Positions 27,801 through 36,690 of a stretch of DNA of 64,000 nt are shown here, one piece after another. The translations under genes were made by a program, and so were the position numbers. The stretch comes from Clostridia bacterium (GTDB lineage: Bacteria; Bacillota; DULZ01): contig DULZ01000044.1 in assembly GCA_012840125.1 (NCBI GenBank), positions 17,975 through 81,974 on the forward strand. Reading direction: 5' to 3'. Under the pieces are notes generated by a model. It was given only the letters and a program-made list of their open reading frames with translations. It had not been told where the DNA came from and made no database searches. Each line of letters starts with the position of its first letter. The stretch's first letter is position 1.

Positions 27801-28142
27801 CAGGACATGCCACTGTCCCTGCCGGTCCTCCGCCAGTTCCACCCGGTGACTGTCAAAATTCCGCTTGACCCGGTAGCGGCGGTCATCGACAGCAAAAATC
27901 ACTTCCCCTTCAAAAGCGCCGCCGTCTTCCCAGGAGCGGTAGCGGTCCGTGCCGAATTGATCCGGGTTGCTGCTGGTGGGCAAGCCGAAGAGCACGGCCC
28001 TTAATCCGGCCACCAGGGTGGATTTTCCCGCTTCATTGGGGGCCGCCAGGACATTCAGCCCGTCCCTTAAATCTACCTGCACCCCGTCCCGGTAAATACC
28101 GAAACCTCTTAAACCGATGCTCAACCATTTAACTTTGGCCAA
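24873..28142 (-). CDS. SMC/Rad50-like ATPase, YhaN (SbcE)-like, with a central hydrophobic hairpin
   Basis: Walker A APNEAGKST, long coiled coil, FSQGTRDQLFLALR signature, Walker B FIFDDPFLNYD. Confidence 0.85.
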   Translation of the reverse strand: MAKVKWLSIGLRGFGIYRDGVQVDLRDGLNVLAAPNEAGKSTLVAGLRAVLFGLPTSSNPDQFGTDRYRSWEDGGAFEGEVIFAVDDRRYRVKRNFDSHRVELAEDRQGQWHVLFSGEHNPRALKDSGVYPKHLKKLIGITTGEGFTSSFCVEQPLPEGEQLSEHVQSLLSGSGGHFGKALEQLKSELSGLTRFLKQYGFPRDGTKDRPLEELEQRVEALAGEIEAGEATVNRLQSVLSARAELEKELERTGKTLARKKRLQEAWRQGRQLQERYREILSRQLELREAGDKLRVLEETLDREQAELADRYAPFLKAPAELPEALDRLVDLAEEEQRLEKEIHRLQTALDGKREDLAVLDRQLEELAVFAEKPHLPADFRECRKLHLEYRTLLDNLQALKEEQARCAGELAQLPPWGELGPHPLTELDNLVPASQRLLRLWQKIEEYREELASIREEMGARYACFKDLTRAQEEALADYRALKLALETRVKEKERAWQEARWEDRRREEAAAAARRQKSLLITAGLACLVAVLGWMTAEGIGLLLGGCLGAAAGWVLARVVFKATPGRAPEEAAALAGLERELVSARKQLEDFHALLKRQEEAFGESLPQAFAAFKELEQRAEALQGQIDQMTGEEFQGRDPALIAPEEGPPWCRKLARLAGILGQRCQKMPELAAWLAGMDEAAWQAVRRSCEQWQAVYDRLTGLQNKEAELGDLPAQWEEKLAFWQEKVAPYRWDSSPEQVEADALRYRELREEKSGLLKTMEQLGQDLKAARERKELVAGEMAGMKDTYAAYLAPGSGDPKATGDLWAEFQRKRQRLSQLEGQRQGLLAGVAVKDAKELAQKLLETDNQARLVLDQLQQLARQHPGLPAFTQGAGWQELEEQYRLLEEEIQQLARQEEELKERDQELRRQQGYLEGQRPLNIAQGLEELAALEEQRQALAFEAEVLAVAYRELKAAIDDYNASYRERLAEQATHYFRLFTGTGREVVVTEDFSVKLLEQGKERNPGQFSQGTRDQLFLALRLAIGDLLAGAIHLPFIFDDPFLNYDENRLTVVRDLLQALAGDRQIFCLSHRKELEAWGVPVEMKGW

Positions 28143-29280
28143 TGCGTTTTCCCCCCTGTAAGGCGAGGATACCCTGGGTAAGGGCCCGGTTCAGCAGCCG
28201 TTTTTCTTCCTCGGATGCTGCTTGCTGCAGCCGCTCTTTCATGCGCCGGATGAAAAAGCCGGTGATGGTTTTATCCTGGGACCACCGTTCTAACTGATCC
28301 GGAGAGAGAAAATAGGAGCGGTCCACCAGCTCCAGGTAACGGAAATGATGCCTGACCCTTTCCTGCAGCCGCCGGCAGTCCAAGGGGAAGTCAACAATGC
28401 CCTGCAGTTCCACTTGCACCAGAGCCCCGGGATCTGCCTCCGCGGCAATAAGGGCCGCCAGGGAGGCTTCGTCCGCCGCCTGGCTGATATCCAACTGCCG
28501 CAGCTGGAACCGGGGCACCTGCACCGGCAGCCCGGTCAATTTAATCCCTGTACCGGGTTCCCATTCCCCCAGCACCAGCTCCCCCGTACCCAAATCATGA
28601 AATCCCTTGCCGGCGGCCATACCGGGGTACACACCCAAGCCGCCGCCGATTTTAATCGCCCGGTAACGGTGGAAATGGCCTAATGCCACGTAGTCATAGT
28701 TGGCTCGCGCCAGGCCCTCCGGGTCTAGAGGCAAGCTTCTTTCTCCCCCCTGCCAGTTATAGGAGCCGTGAAAAATCCCCAGGTGAAACCCTTCCTGCTG
28801 CACTCTGGGAAAGTCTTCTATAGGGGGTTCCGCCCTGGTCACCCCTCCCACGTAGGCCAGGCTGTAAACATACAGTTGATGCCCTTTTATTTCCGCCTGC
28901 AGCACCGGTTCCGGCATGGGGTTCGTCACCAGCAAACCGGGCCAGCGATCCTGGGCCTCCCGGTAAACGCTGTCCCGGTACGTGAATTCGTCATGATTGC
29001 CCGGCACGGTAATCACCAGCTTCCCGGCGTCAATGCACCTTTGCAGCTGGCGGACAGCATATTCCACCAGCTCCGGGCCCGGCCGGTGGGTTTCAAACAA
29101 ATCCCCGGCAATGATCACCAGGTCGATTTCCCGGTCCGGGGCCAGGGCATAGGCTACCGCCTGCGCCAGCACCTGATCTCTTTCCTGTTGGATTTGCTTT
29201 GCCAGGTCCGGTTCCATAAAAGAAGGGTGCCAGCCCAAGTGCAAGTCCGATAGGTGCAAAAAACGGATCAACTGCCCCAC
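28129..29280 (-). CDS. Mre11/SbcD-family metallophosphoesterase, YhaO-like
   Basis: SDLHLG, AGDLFE, PGNHD, FHG, LGHFH. Confidence 0.9.
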   Translation of the reverse strand: MGQLIRFLHLSDLHLGWHPSFMEPDLAKQIQQERDQVLAQAVAYALAPDREIDLVIIAGDLFETHRPGPELVEYAVRQLQRCIDAGKLVITVPGNHDEFTYRDSVYREAQDRWPGLLVTNPMPEPVLQAEIKGHQLYVYSLAYVGGVTRAEPPIEDFPRVQQEGFHLGIFHGSYNWQGGERSLPLDPEGLARANYDYVALGHFHRYRAIKIGGGLGVYPGMAAGKGFHDLGTGELVLGEWEPGTGIKLTGLPVQVPRFQLRQLDISQAADEASLAALIAAEADPGALVQVELQGIVDFPLDCRRLQERVRHHFRYLELVDRSYFLSPDQLERWSQDKTITGFFIRRMKERLQQAASEEEKRLLNRALTQGILALQGGKRIGQS

Positions 29281-29286
29281 CTACCT

Positions 29287-30225
29287 CTATTCATTGAAAA
29301 TATAACGTTCCAGGGTGCGGATGTAAGGCCAGCTTTCCTGGGAGTAGTTGTGCTTCGCCTGCAAGAATTTATCTACTTCCGCGTCCAGGTAATCCGCCTG
29401 GTGCAGGATAGCCGCTTCCAGGAATTTGGGCCTTTTAGGCGACTGCCACTCGTAGCGACCGTGATGGCTGACAATCATATGTAATACCTTCAGTTTCAGC
29501 GTCTCCGGGAAATCGGGAAGGGACCGGATCCGGTCCTGCACCAGGTTAGCCCCCATCACGATATGGCCCAACAGCCTGCCGGCGTCGGTGTAGTCGATGA
29601 ACAGGTCGTACCGGTATTCGTAGATCTTGCCTATATCGTGCAGTACGGCCCCGGTTAACAACAGGTCCCGGTCAATGCCTTCATAAGCGGCGGCAATCTG
29701 CTCAGCTAATCTCATCACATTCAGGGTATGTTCCAACAGCCCGCCCAGGTAGGCTTGGTGATGGGATTTAGCCGCCGGTGCCCGGCGAAACTGCTCCGCC
29801 AGGGTTTCATCGGCAAAAACCTGCCGGAGGAGGTTTTGCAGGTGCGGGTTGGCCACCTGCGCAATTTTTTGCTGCAGTTCCTCCCACATTTCCGCCACAT
29901 CCCGGGGGGAAGTGGGCAGGAAGTAGACCAGGTCCGCCGGTTTGACGTTAACTTTTTTCACCGTTTCCAAGGTGATCTGGGGTCGCTGGTTATAAGTGGT
30001 GACAACACCCTTCACCAGCACAAAATCGGCGATATTTAATCCGGCGGCTTCATCTTCCGCGTTGTCCCACAGCTTGGCATCTATTTCTCCGGTTTTATCC
30101 CCCAGGGACAGGGATAAAAACTTGCCCGGCTTTTCTTTAAAGGGAAGCAGTTCCTTGCGCCTCACTTGGAAGACATTGTAAACGGGCTGCCCTATCTCCA
30201 ATTCTGCCACAAACTTTTTTTGCAA
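29287..30225 (-). CDS. yhaM: 3'-5' exoribonuclease YhaM (OB fold + HD domain)
   Basis: DKTGEIDAKLW OB fold; HHQAYLGGLLEHT, LHDIGK, SHHG, ADYLDA. Confidence 0.9.
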   Translation of the reverse strand: MQKKFVAELEIGQPVYNVFQVRRKELLPFKEKPGKFLSLSLGDKTGEIDAKLWDNAEDEAAGLNIADFVLVKGVVTTYNQRPQITLETVKKVNVKPADLVYFLPTSPRDVAEMWEELQQKIAQVANPHLQNLLRQVFADETLAEQFRRAPAAKSHHQAYLGGLLEHTLNVMRLAEQIAAAYEGIDRDLLLTGAVLHDIGKIYEYRYDLFIDYTDAGRLLGHIVMGANLVQDRIRSLPDFPETLKLKVLHMIVSHHGRYEWQSPKRPKFLEAAILHQADYLDAEVDKFLQAKHNYSQESWPYIRTLERYIFNE

Positions 30226-30393
30226 ACTGATGCACCTCCTGCGCCATGATTACTTCCCGTTCCATGAAAAGGAATCCTGCCGCCCGGATAGATTTTATCG
30301 GCCACACCCGTGATCCTTCAGGGTGTAGCAGTTATTTGTTACCAAAATAAACTATATTAAAAGGTAATTTCCCGCGAAAAAGGAGGATAGGGC

Positions 30394-30597
30394 ATGAAGA
30401 TCCAGCCGGAATTCCTGAATTTGCTGCGCAGCCTAAAACCCTTCGTCAACGAACAGGGGGTTGTGGCTTTAACCACTTTGGAGAATGTGTTTGAGATCTT
30501 GGAAGACCCGAAAGTGCAGGCCCTGTACAAGAACATGGAGACATTTGCCGCCATGCGGAAAACCAGGCCAACGCAGCCCGGCGAAGATACAACGTAA
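30394..30597 (+). CDS. Hypothetical protein, 67 aa
   Basis: AGGAGG RBS; plausible helical sequence; no family recognised. Confidence 0.65.
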   Translation: MKIQPEFLNLLRSLKPFVNEQGVVALTTLENVFEILEDPKVQALYKNMETFAAMRKTRPTQPGEDTT

Positions 30598-30664
30598 ACG
30601 GCATGCATAACACCGGGGCAAATGGGGAAACATGGAAGCAGGACCAAGCATAAGGAGGGCTTCC

Positions 30665-30823
30665 ATGGCGAGACAGTGCAGTTTTACCGATTGCTGGTGG
30701 TATGAAAAGGAAGCGGAACAGGCGCTCCACGGGGACGGGGGAGGTTGACTGCACCCTGATCCCGCAGGCTGCGATCCCAACCGCTTAACGGCCAACGGAA
30801 AACCCCATTGCTTCTTGACCTAA
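30665..30823 (+). CDS. Small Cys-rich ORF with an in-frame TGA at 30746-30748 (candidate selenoprotein or nonsense pseudogene)
   Basis: TAAGGAGG RBS; MARQCSFTDCWWYEKEAEQALHGDGGG-TGA-LHPDPAGCDPNRLTANGKPHCFLT-TAA. Confidence 0.4.
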
Positions 30824-30876
30824 CTGCAAAAGGGGAAGGCACTAGCCTTCCTCAGTTTTTTGGCCCCACCAATAAG

Positions 30877-30939
30877 GCGATTGGTATTAATCGGTGGCTT
30901 CAAAGGAGCCCTATTTGGGGATGAGCTCGGTCGCCCTCG
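30877..30939 (+). repeat. Partial diverged copy of the element at 44473-44668, in opposite orientation
   Basis: 22-nt identical core AAGGAGCCCTATTTGGGGATGA within a ~63-nt alignment. Confidence 0.75.
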
Positions 30940-30946
30940 TGCCGAT

Positions 30947-30983
30947 CGGCAAAAGGGAAGGCATCGTGCCTTCCCTTTTGCCG
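30947..30983. terminator. Terminator of the ahb operon
   Basis: Perfect 17-bp stem CGGCAAAAGGGAAGGCA-TCG-TGCCTTCCCTTTTGCCG right after the ahbB stop. Confidence 0.75.
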
Positions 30984-31463
30984 TTAAGCTCCGTTTTCGA
31001 CATAATAGCGCATGCTGGATTTCTTCAGCTCCCGGGTACTGTACAAGATCCGGTAATTGGCGACGCCTACCTGCTCCGACAGCCGTTTCGCCATGGCCTC
31101 GCATTCCTCCCGGGATTGACCGTGAATCATCGTGTAAAGGCTGTAGGGCCAGCCGGGGAATTCAGGTCTGTGGTAACAATGGGTTACTTCCGGGCAGGCC
31201 GCCAGCTTCTTCCCTACTTCTTCCGCCTCTTCCTCCTTCACCTGCCACACCACCATGGCGTTAGCGGTGAATCCTGCTTCCCGGTGCCGGATGGCCGCGC
31301 CCAAGCGGCGGATCATTCCCTGCTCTTTCATCCAGCGGATCTTTTCCAGCAGCAGGTCTTCATCGATGTTGAGCTTCTCTGCCACGGCGGCATAAGGCCT
31401 GGGCACCAGGGGCAGATCCCCCTGCAGTTCACGAATAATGGCCTTATCCAGTTCCGTCAGCAT
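30984..31463 (-). CDS. ahbB: Siroheme decarboxylase subunit AhbB
   Basis: Lrp/AsnC-like fold: LQGDLPLVPRPY, VTHCYHRP, YTMIHG, ELKKSSM. Confidence 0.88.
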   Translation of the reverse strand: MLTELDKAIIRELQGDLPLVPRPYAAVAEKLNIDEDLLLEKIRWMKEQGMIRRLGAAIRHREAGFTANAMVVWQVKEEEAEEVGKKLAACPEVTHCYHRPEFPGWPYSLYTMIHGQSREECEAMAKRLSEQVGVANYRILYSTRELKKSSMRYYVENGA

Positions 31464-31939
31464 CAGGCGCTCCCTCCCAGGAAGTCGAAGTTGACCTTGA
31501 TCTTGAAAAAGCGCTTGGCGGGCAGATTGAGTACTTCCACCCCGAACCGGCTCTCCATCTCCCGGATGATTTCCTCAATACGCTCCTTGGAATGGGCGAT
31601 GACCGTAAACCACATGTTGTACTCGTGTTCCCGCAGGTAGTTGTGGGTCACTTCAACCAAACCGTTGATGTATTCCGCCACTTGGTCCATCTGATCTTCG
31701 GAGACCTTCGCCGCACACAAGGTGCTGACGTAACCAAGCTTGCGGGAATCAAAAATGGCTCCCATGCGGCGGATATAACCGGCTTCTTTAAACCGCTTCA
31801 GCATCTCCAGCACTTCTGCTTCACTGAGCCCGAACTTTTGCCCTAATTCCTTAAAGGGCTCCTTGGCGATGGGTAAATTGGTTTGCACCTCGTTGAGCAC
31901 GGCTCTCTCCAGCTCTGTCAGCACTGGGCCTTTTTCCAA
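31463..31939 (-). CDS. ahbA: Siroheme decarboxylase subunit AhbA
   Basis: VQTNLPIAKEPF, IRRMGAIFD, STLCAAKV, VTHNYLR..EYNMWFT. Confidence 0.88.
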   Translation of the reverse strand: MEKGPVLTELERAVLNEVQTNLPIAKEPFKELGQKFGLSEAEVLEMLKRFKEAGYIRRMGAIFDSRKLGYVSTLCAAKVSEDQMDQVAEYINGLVEVTHNYLREHEYNMWFTVIAHSKERIEEIIREMESRFGVEVLNLPAKRFFKIKVNFDFLGGSA

Positions 31940-31941
31940 CC

Positions 31942-32937
31942 TTATACCCCCCGTCGACCATGATAGAGACACCAAGGTTCTTCCGCCATGTAGTCCTGAT
32001 CATGATAGAAATATGCCCTGGCCCGGCAGCCGCCGCAGATCTTCTTGTACTTACAGGAACCGCAGCCGCCCTTGTAGTTAAGGGTGCGCAGCTCTTGGAA
32101 AACCGGATGGGTTTCCCACAACCGGCTGAAAGGAATGTCCCGCACATTGCCCAAAGGTATATTCAGGTAAGCGCAAGGCTGCACATCGCCTTTGGGACTG
32201 ATGATGCAATAATGGGTCCCTGCGAGACACCCTCGCTGGAAACGCATGTCCATGCCCATTTCCTTGGCAATGCGCATGAACTGGGGCGCGCAGGTGGGCT
32301 TGAGCTCAATGTCCACCTGTTTTTGCTTCTCCAGGATCCGGGTCAGGACCCGTTCATAAGCCTCGGCTCGTAAGGATTCTTCCTCGATATTAACCGCCCG
32401 GCCGGTGGGCACCAGAAAGAAAAAGTGATGGGCCACGGCACCGATTTCCACGGCGAAATCGGTGATGGCTTCCAGTTCCTCCTGGTTCCAATCAAAGACC
32501 GTGGTATGCACTTGAAAAGGCAGCCCCGCCTCCCGGCAGTTCTTCATACCCTGGATGGCTTCCCGGTAAGCACCCCTGTACCGGCGCAGTTCATCGTGTT
32601 TTTCTTCATTTAGGCTGTCCAGGCTGATACCGGCTCCCATCAAGCCGGCTTCCTTCAGCTTCCGGGCCGCTTCCGGGGTAATCAAGGTACCGTTAGTGCC
32701 TAACACGGGCCTTAACCCCAAGCTTTTCGCATAAGCCACCAGTTCATAAAGATCCGGCCGCATGAGGGGCTCGCCGCCGCTGAAAATCATGATTTTAAAG
32801 CCGGCCTTGGCTATCTCCTCCAACATGGCCTTGGCTTCTGCGGTGGACAGCTCCTCGGCTGCCTTGGCCCCTGCATCCCGGTAGCAGTGATCGCAATACA
32901 TATTGCACTGGTTGGTGGAATTCCAAGAAATAATCAA
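31942..32937 (-). CDS. ahbD: Radical SAM heme b synthase AhbD (NirJ2-like)
   Basis: CNMYCDHC, SGGEPL, KPTCAPQF, SPASM cysteines GCLAG...CGSC...CGGC. Confidence 0.88.
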   Translation of the reverse strand: MIISWNSTNQCNMYCDHCYRDAGAKAAEELSTAEAKAMLEEIAKAGFKIMIFSGGEPLMRPDLYELVAYAKSLGLRPVLGTNGTLITPEAARKLKEAGLMGAGISLDSLNEEKHDELRRYRGAYREAIQGMKNCREAGLPFQVHTTVFDWNQEELEAITDFAVEIGAVAHHFFFLVPTGRAVNIEEESLRAEAYERVLTRILEKQKQVDIELKPTCAPQFMRIAKEMGMDMRFQRGCLAGTHYCIISPKGDVQPCAYLNIPLGNVRDIPFSRLWETHPVFQELRTLNYKGGCGSCKYKKICGGCRARAYFYHDQDYMAEEPWCLYHGRRGV

Positions 32938-32963
32938 AAAGCTAACCCCCTTCCCGGCAACCC

Positions 32964-34139
32964 TTAAGCCAAGCCGATTTCCTCATCGGTGAGGTAGCAG
33001 GCCGGATCCGCCTCCCAGAAATCGCCGGTAACGGCTTCCGCCCTGGCCCTGAAGTTGCCGTTGCATACATCCAACCACCGGCAAGCGGCACAACGCCCTT
33101 TGAGTAAAGGCTTCCTGTTTTTCAAGCCGCCGAGAATCGGGTGGGACACGTCGGACCAGATTTCACCGAAAGGACGTTCCCGGACGTTGCCGAAAGTATG
33201 GTTTTGGGTGAACTGATCCGGGTGCACGTTGCCGTGCCAGTCCACGGCCCCGATGGCGATACCGGTCCGGTTCCCGCCGTTGCGCTTAAGAAGCTTCAGG
33301 ATTTCCTCCGCCCTGGCGCTGTCTTTTTCTTTCATCTTGAGATAGATGTAAATGCCGTCGGCATGGTTATCCACCGTTAAGATTTCCTTGTCCAGGCCGC
33401 GCCGGTGGAAATCTAAGGTCCTGGCCATAATCAAATCCAAGGCCGCCCTGGTTTCTTCATGGGTAATATCCTCTTCCACCATTTTACTGCCGCGCCCGGA
33501 GTACACTAGATGGTAAAAACACACCCGGGGAATCCCCACTTCTTCAATCAGGTTGAAAATGGCTTCCAATTCCCCGTAATTATGACGATTAATCGTAAAT
33601 CTCAGGCCCACCCGCTGGCCCACCGCCAGGCAGTTCTCGATCCCCCGGAGGGCCGCCTCAAAAGCACCTTTCTTGCCGCGAAACTCGTCATTCTTCTCGC
33701 CGATGCCGTCCAAACTGATGCCCACGTAACCAACGCCGATATCCTTGATTTCCTGGGCCACCTGCCGGTCAATCAAAGTGCCGTTGGTCGAAAGGGTGGG
33801 ACGAATACCCTTTTCCCGGGCATACCGGGCCAACTCCAGCACATCGGGCCTGGCCAGCGGTTCACCGCCGGACAGGAGCAGTACCGGCACCCTGAAATCC
33901 GCCAGGTCGTCGATGAACTGCTTGGCTTCCTCCGTGGTAAGTTCTCCCTCATATTTCTTGGCTTCCGCCCCGGCATAGCAATGGATGCAGTTGAGATTGC
34001 AGGTACGGGTACAGTTCCAAACTACCACGGGGCCCATTTCCGTCGTGGCACCGTGCACGGCACCCCTGGAACCATGGCTGTAACGCAGGCTGTCACCGAA
34101 AAAACTTGTATCACATAACAACTTGGTCACGCTGATCAA
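32964..34139 (-). CDS. ahbC: Radical SAM Fe-coproporphyrin III synthase AhbC (NirJ1-like)
   Basis: MISVTKLLC start, WNCTRTCNLNCIHCY, HPDQF, CNGNFRARA. Confidence 0.88.
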   Translation of the reverse strand: MISVTKLLCDTSFFGDSLRYSHGSRGAVHGATTEMGPVVVWNCTRTCNLNCIHCYAGAEAKKYEGELTTEEAKQFIDDLADFRVPVLLLSGGEPLARPDVLELARYAREKGIRPTLSTNGTLIDRQVAQEIKDIGVGYVGISLDGIGEKNDEFRGKKGAFEAALRGIENCLAVGQRVGLRFTINRHNYGELEAIFNLIEEVGIPRVCFYHLVYSGRGSKMVEEDITHEETRAALDLIMARTLDFHRRGLDKEILTVDNHADGIYIYLKMKEKDSARAEEILKLLKRNGGNRTGIAIGAVDWHGNVHPDQFTQNHTFGNVRERPFGEIWSDVSHPILGGLKNRKPLLKGRCAACRWLDVCNGNFRARAEAVTGDFWEADPACYLTDEEIGLA

Positions 34140-34220
34140 AGTAATCCCATCCTTTATATAAAATAGTAACTATTACCGGCAAATAATGCAAGAACATTCC
34201 GGTAGACTTTCCCCCGGCTG

Positions 34221-35768
34221 CTACGCCGGCGGCCCACCGGCAAAGTTGGCTACAATAGCTTGTACCAACCCGTTAACGGTGTACTCCCGGGCCGTGACAT
34301 CCACCCGGAGACCCAAATCCTCTGCCGTTTTCGTAGTAATGGGACCAATAGAAACTAGTTTAACACCCTCCAACAGCCGTTCCCGCTCTTCCGGCGGCAG
34401 GAGTTCCACAAAATTGCGGACCGTAGATGAACTGGTAAAGGTCACGATGTCCACTTTTTTATCCCGCAAAGCTTCCAGCAGGGCTTCCCGCCCCCGCGTG
34501 CTTTTCACCGTGCGGTAGACAGTTACCTCCGTTACTTGGCCGCCCAGTTCCCGCAGCGCTTCCGCCAGCACTTTCCTGGCAATGTCCGCCCTGGGCAGGA
34601 GAACTTTTTCCCCGGGCCGGATTTTATCTTTCAGGCCTTCAATGATGGCTTCCGCCACGTACTCCTCGGGCATGTATTCGACCCGCAAGGCATACTTTTC
34701 TAAAGCTTCTCTCGTTTTGGGCCCGATGGCACAGATCTTGATGCCGTACAATTTCCGCACATCGTAACCCAAGCTCAAAAGCCGCTGGAAAAAGCTCTTC
34801 ACCCCGTTGACGCTGGTGAAGATTACCCACTGGTATCCTTCCAGGGCGTGAATGGCTGCATCCACCGGCGCCCAATCCAGGGGGCTCTCAATCTCGATAG
34901 TAGGGCATTCCATTACCGCCGCCCCCAGTTCCTTGAGAGCCGAAGATAAGGCACTGGCCTGTTCCCTCGCCCTGGTCACCACCACCCGGCGGCCGAACAA
35001 GGGCTGCTTTTCAAACCACATGAGTTTCTCCCGCAGCTTCACCACTTCGCCCACGATAATGATAGCCGGGTTGCTGAAATTGGCGGCCCGGGCCTTTTCC
35101 ACAATGTCCGCCAGGGTTCCGGTCAAGGTCTCCTGTTCCGGCCTGGTGCCCCACCGGATCAAGGCGACAGGGGTACTGCCGTCCCGGCCGTGGGCCAAAA
35201 GCCGGTCGACAATTTTCGGCAAATTGGCCATGCCCATTAAGAAGACCAAGGTACCCAGCCCGGTGGCCAGCTTCGCCCAGTCAATGCTGGACTCTTCTTT
35301 CGCCGGGTCTTCATTACCGGTAATAATCCCGATGGTGGAAGTGCAATCCCGGTGGGTGACGGGGATGCCGGCATAGGCGGGTACCGCCACGGCGGAAGTA
35401 ATACCGGGCACAATTTCAAAAGGAATCCCGTGTTCCGCCAGGACTTCGGCTTCTTCCCCACCCCGGCCGAAAACAAAGGGGTCGCCCCCCTTGACCCTGG
35501 TCACTACTTTCCCTTCCAAGGCTTTATCTTTCAAAAGCTCGTTAATCTCCTCTTGTTTAAGGGTGTGGCGTTCCGGTGATTTCCCCACATAGATTAATTC
35601 CGCTGCCGGACCGGCATGTTCCAGGATCGCCGGGTGCACCAGCCGGTCGTAGACGATCACGTCGGCTTTGGCAATAGCTTCCCTGCCCTTTAAAGTTAAC
35701 AGCCCGGGATCCCCGGGACCGGCCCCAACTAAATAAACATAACCTTTTCCTCTATTCACAGGCCTCAA
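34221..35768 (-). CDS. cobA: Uroporphyrinogen-III C-methyltransferase/synthase fusion CobA-HemD
   Basis: VGAGPGDPGLLT, KGGDPFVFGRGGEE; HemD part VVTRA, FTSVNGV, FTSSSTV. Confidence 0.95.
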   Translation of the reverse strand: MRPVNRGKGYVYLVGAGPGDPGLLTLKGREAIAKADVIVYDRLVHPAILEHAGPAAELIYVGKSPERHTLKQEEINELLKDKALEGKVVTRVKGGDPFVFGRGGEEAEVLAEHGIPFEIVPGITSAVAVPAYAGIPVTHRDCTSTIGIITGNEDPAKEESSIDWAKLATGLGTLVFLMGMANLPKIVDRLLAHGRDGSTPVALIRWGTRPEQETLTGTLADIVEKARAANFSNPAIIIVGEVVKLREKLMWFEKQPLFGRRVVVTRAREQASALSSALKELGAAVMECPTIEIESPLDWAPVDAAIHALEGYQWVIFTSVNGVKSFFQRLLSLGYDVRKLYGIKICAIGPKTREALEKYALRVEYMPEEYVAEAIIEGLKDKIRPGEKVLLPRADIARKVLAEALRELGGQVTEVTVYRTVKSTRGREALLEALRDKKVDIVTFTSSSTVRNFVELLPPEERERLLEGVKLVSIGPITTKTAEDLGLRVDVTAREYTVNGLVQAIVANFAGGPPA

Positions 35769-36690
35769 ACTCCTGTCGTAATTGATTTAATATTCCCTGA
35801 GCTCCTTCCGCCAGGAGCCTGCGGGCTAACTCTTGACCCAGTTTTTCCGGTTCCTCGGGTGAACCGGCTTCTATACCCCTTACAACTCTCGCGCCGTCCA
35901 GGCTGGCTACCAAGCCTCGCAGCACCAGTTTGCCCTCCTCCAACCGGGCCAGTGCCCCGATGGGGATCTGGCACCCGCCTTCCAAGGTGCGCAGGAAAGC
36001 CCTTTCCGCCCGCACCGCTGCCGTCGTATCCGGATCGGCGATTTTTTGCAGGAGAGACAGCAGTTCCCGGTCATTCTCCCTGATCTCCACCCCGATGGCC
36101 CCTTGCCCGACGGCGGGTAAACACAAATCATAGGGAATGTGCTGGGTCACCAGGTGGTCATAACCCAGCCTCTGCACCCCGGCCGCCGCCAGGATAATGG
36201 CATCGAAACCTTCCCTTTCCATTTTGGCGATCCTGGTGCCCACATTGCCCCGGAGGTCTTCGATCTTTAAATCAGGGCGGTGAGATAGAAGCTGGGCCCG
36301 CCGCCTTAAGCTGCTGGTACCCACTTTGGCCCCTTGGGGCAGTGTGTCCAGGGTATAGCCAAAAGGCGACAGCAGGACATCGCCCGGTTCAGCTCTTTTC
36401 ATGACGGCGCCGAGGCGCAGCCCCGGGGGCAGCTGGGTAGGCAGGTCTTTCATGCTGTGAACTGCCAGGTCAATTTCTCCCTGGAGCATCGCCATCTCCA
36501 ACTCTTTGGTAAAAAGCCCCTTATCGCCGATTTTGGCCAGGGCCACATCCAGCAGCTTGTCCCCTTTCGTTTTAATCTTTTTAACGGTGAAGGTCAACTG
36601 CGGATGAGCCGCCTGCAGTGCTGCAAGAACACAGTCCGTTTGCCACAAAGCAAGAGCGCTGTCCCTGGTGCCAATAACGATTTCCCTCAC
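35752..36690 (-). CDS. hemC: Hydroxymethylbilane synthase
   Basis: GTRDSALALWQ, KGLFTKELE, AVHSMKD, GTSSLRR, LEGGCQIP. Confidence 0.98.
   Translation of the reverse strand: MREIVIGTRDSALALWQTDCVLAALQAAHPQLTFTVKKIKTKGDKLLDVALAKIGDKGLFTKELEMAMLQGEIDLAVHSMKDLPTQLPPGLRLGAVMKRAEPGDVLLSPFGYTLDTLPQGAKVGTSSLRRRAQLLSHRPDLKIEDLRGNVGTRIAKMEREGFDAIILAAAGVQRLGYDHLVTQHIPYDLCLPAVGQGAIGVEIRENDRELLSLLQKIADPDTTAAVRAERAFLRTLEGGCQIPIGALARLEEGKLVLRGLVASLDGARVVRGIEAGSPEEPEKLGQELARRLLAEGAQGILNQLRQEFEACE

Noticed and set aside
30820-31264. ORFs sharing GALFGD(E/D)LG with ORF 44404-44682, suggesting a protein family
   Set aside because: The shared peptide is a translation of the repeated non-coding element; no RBS support
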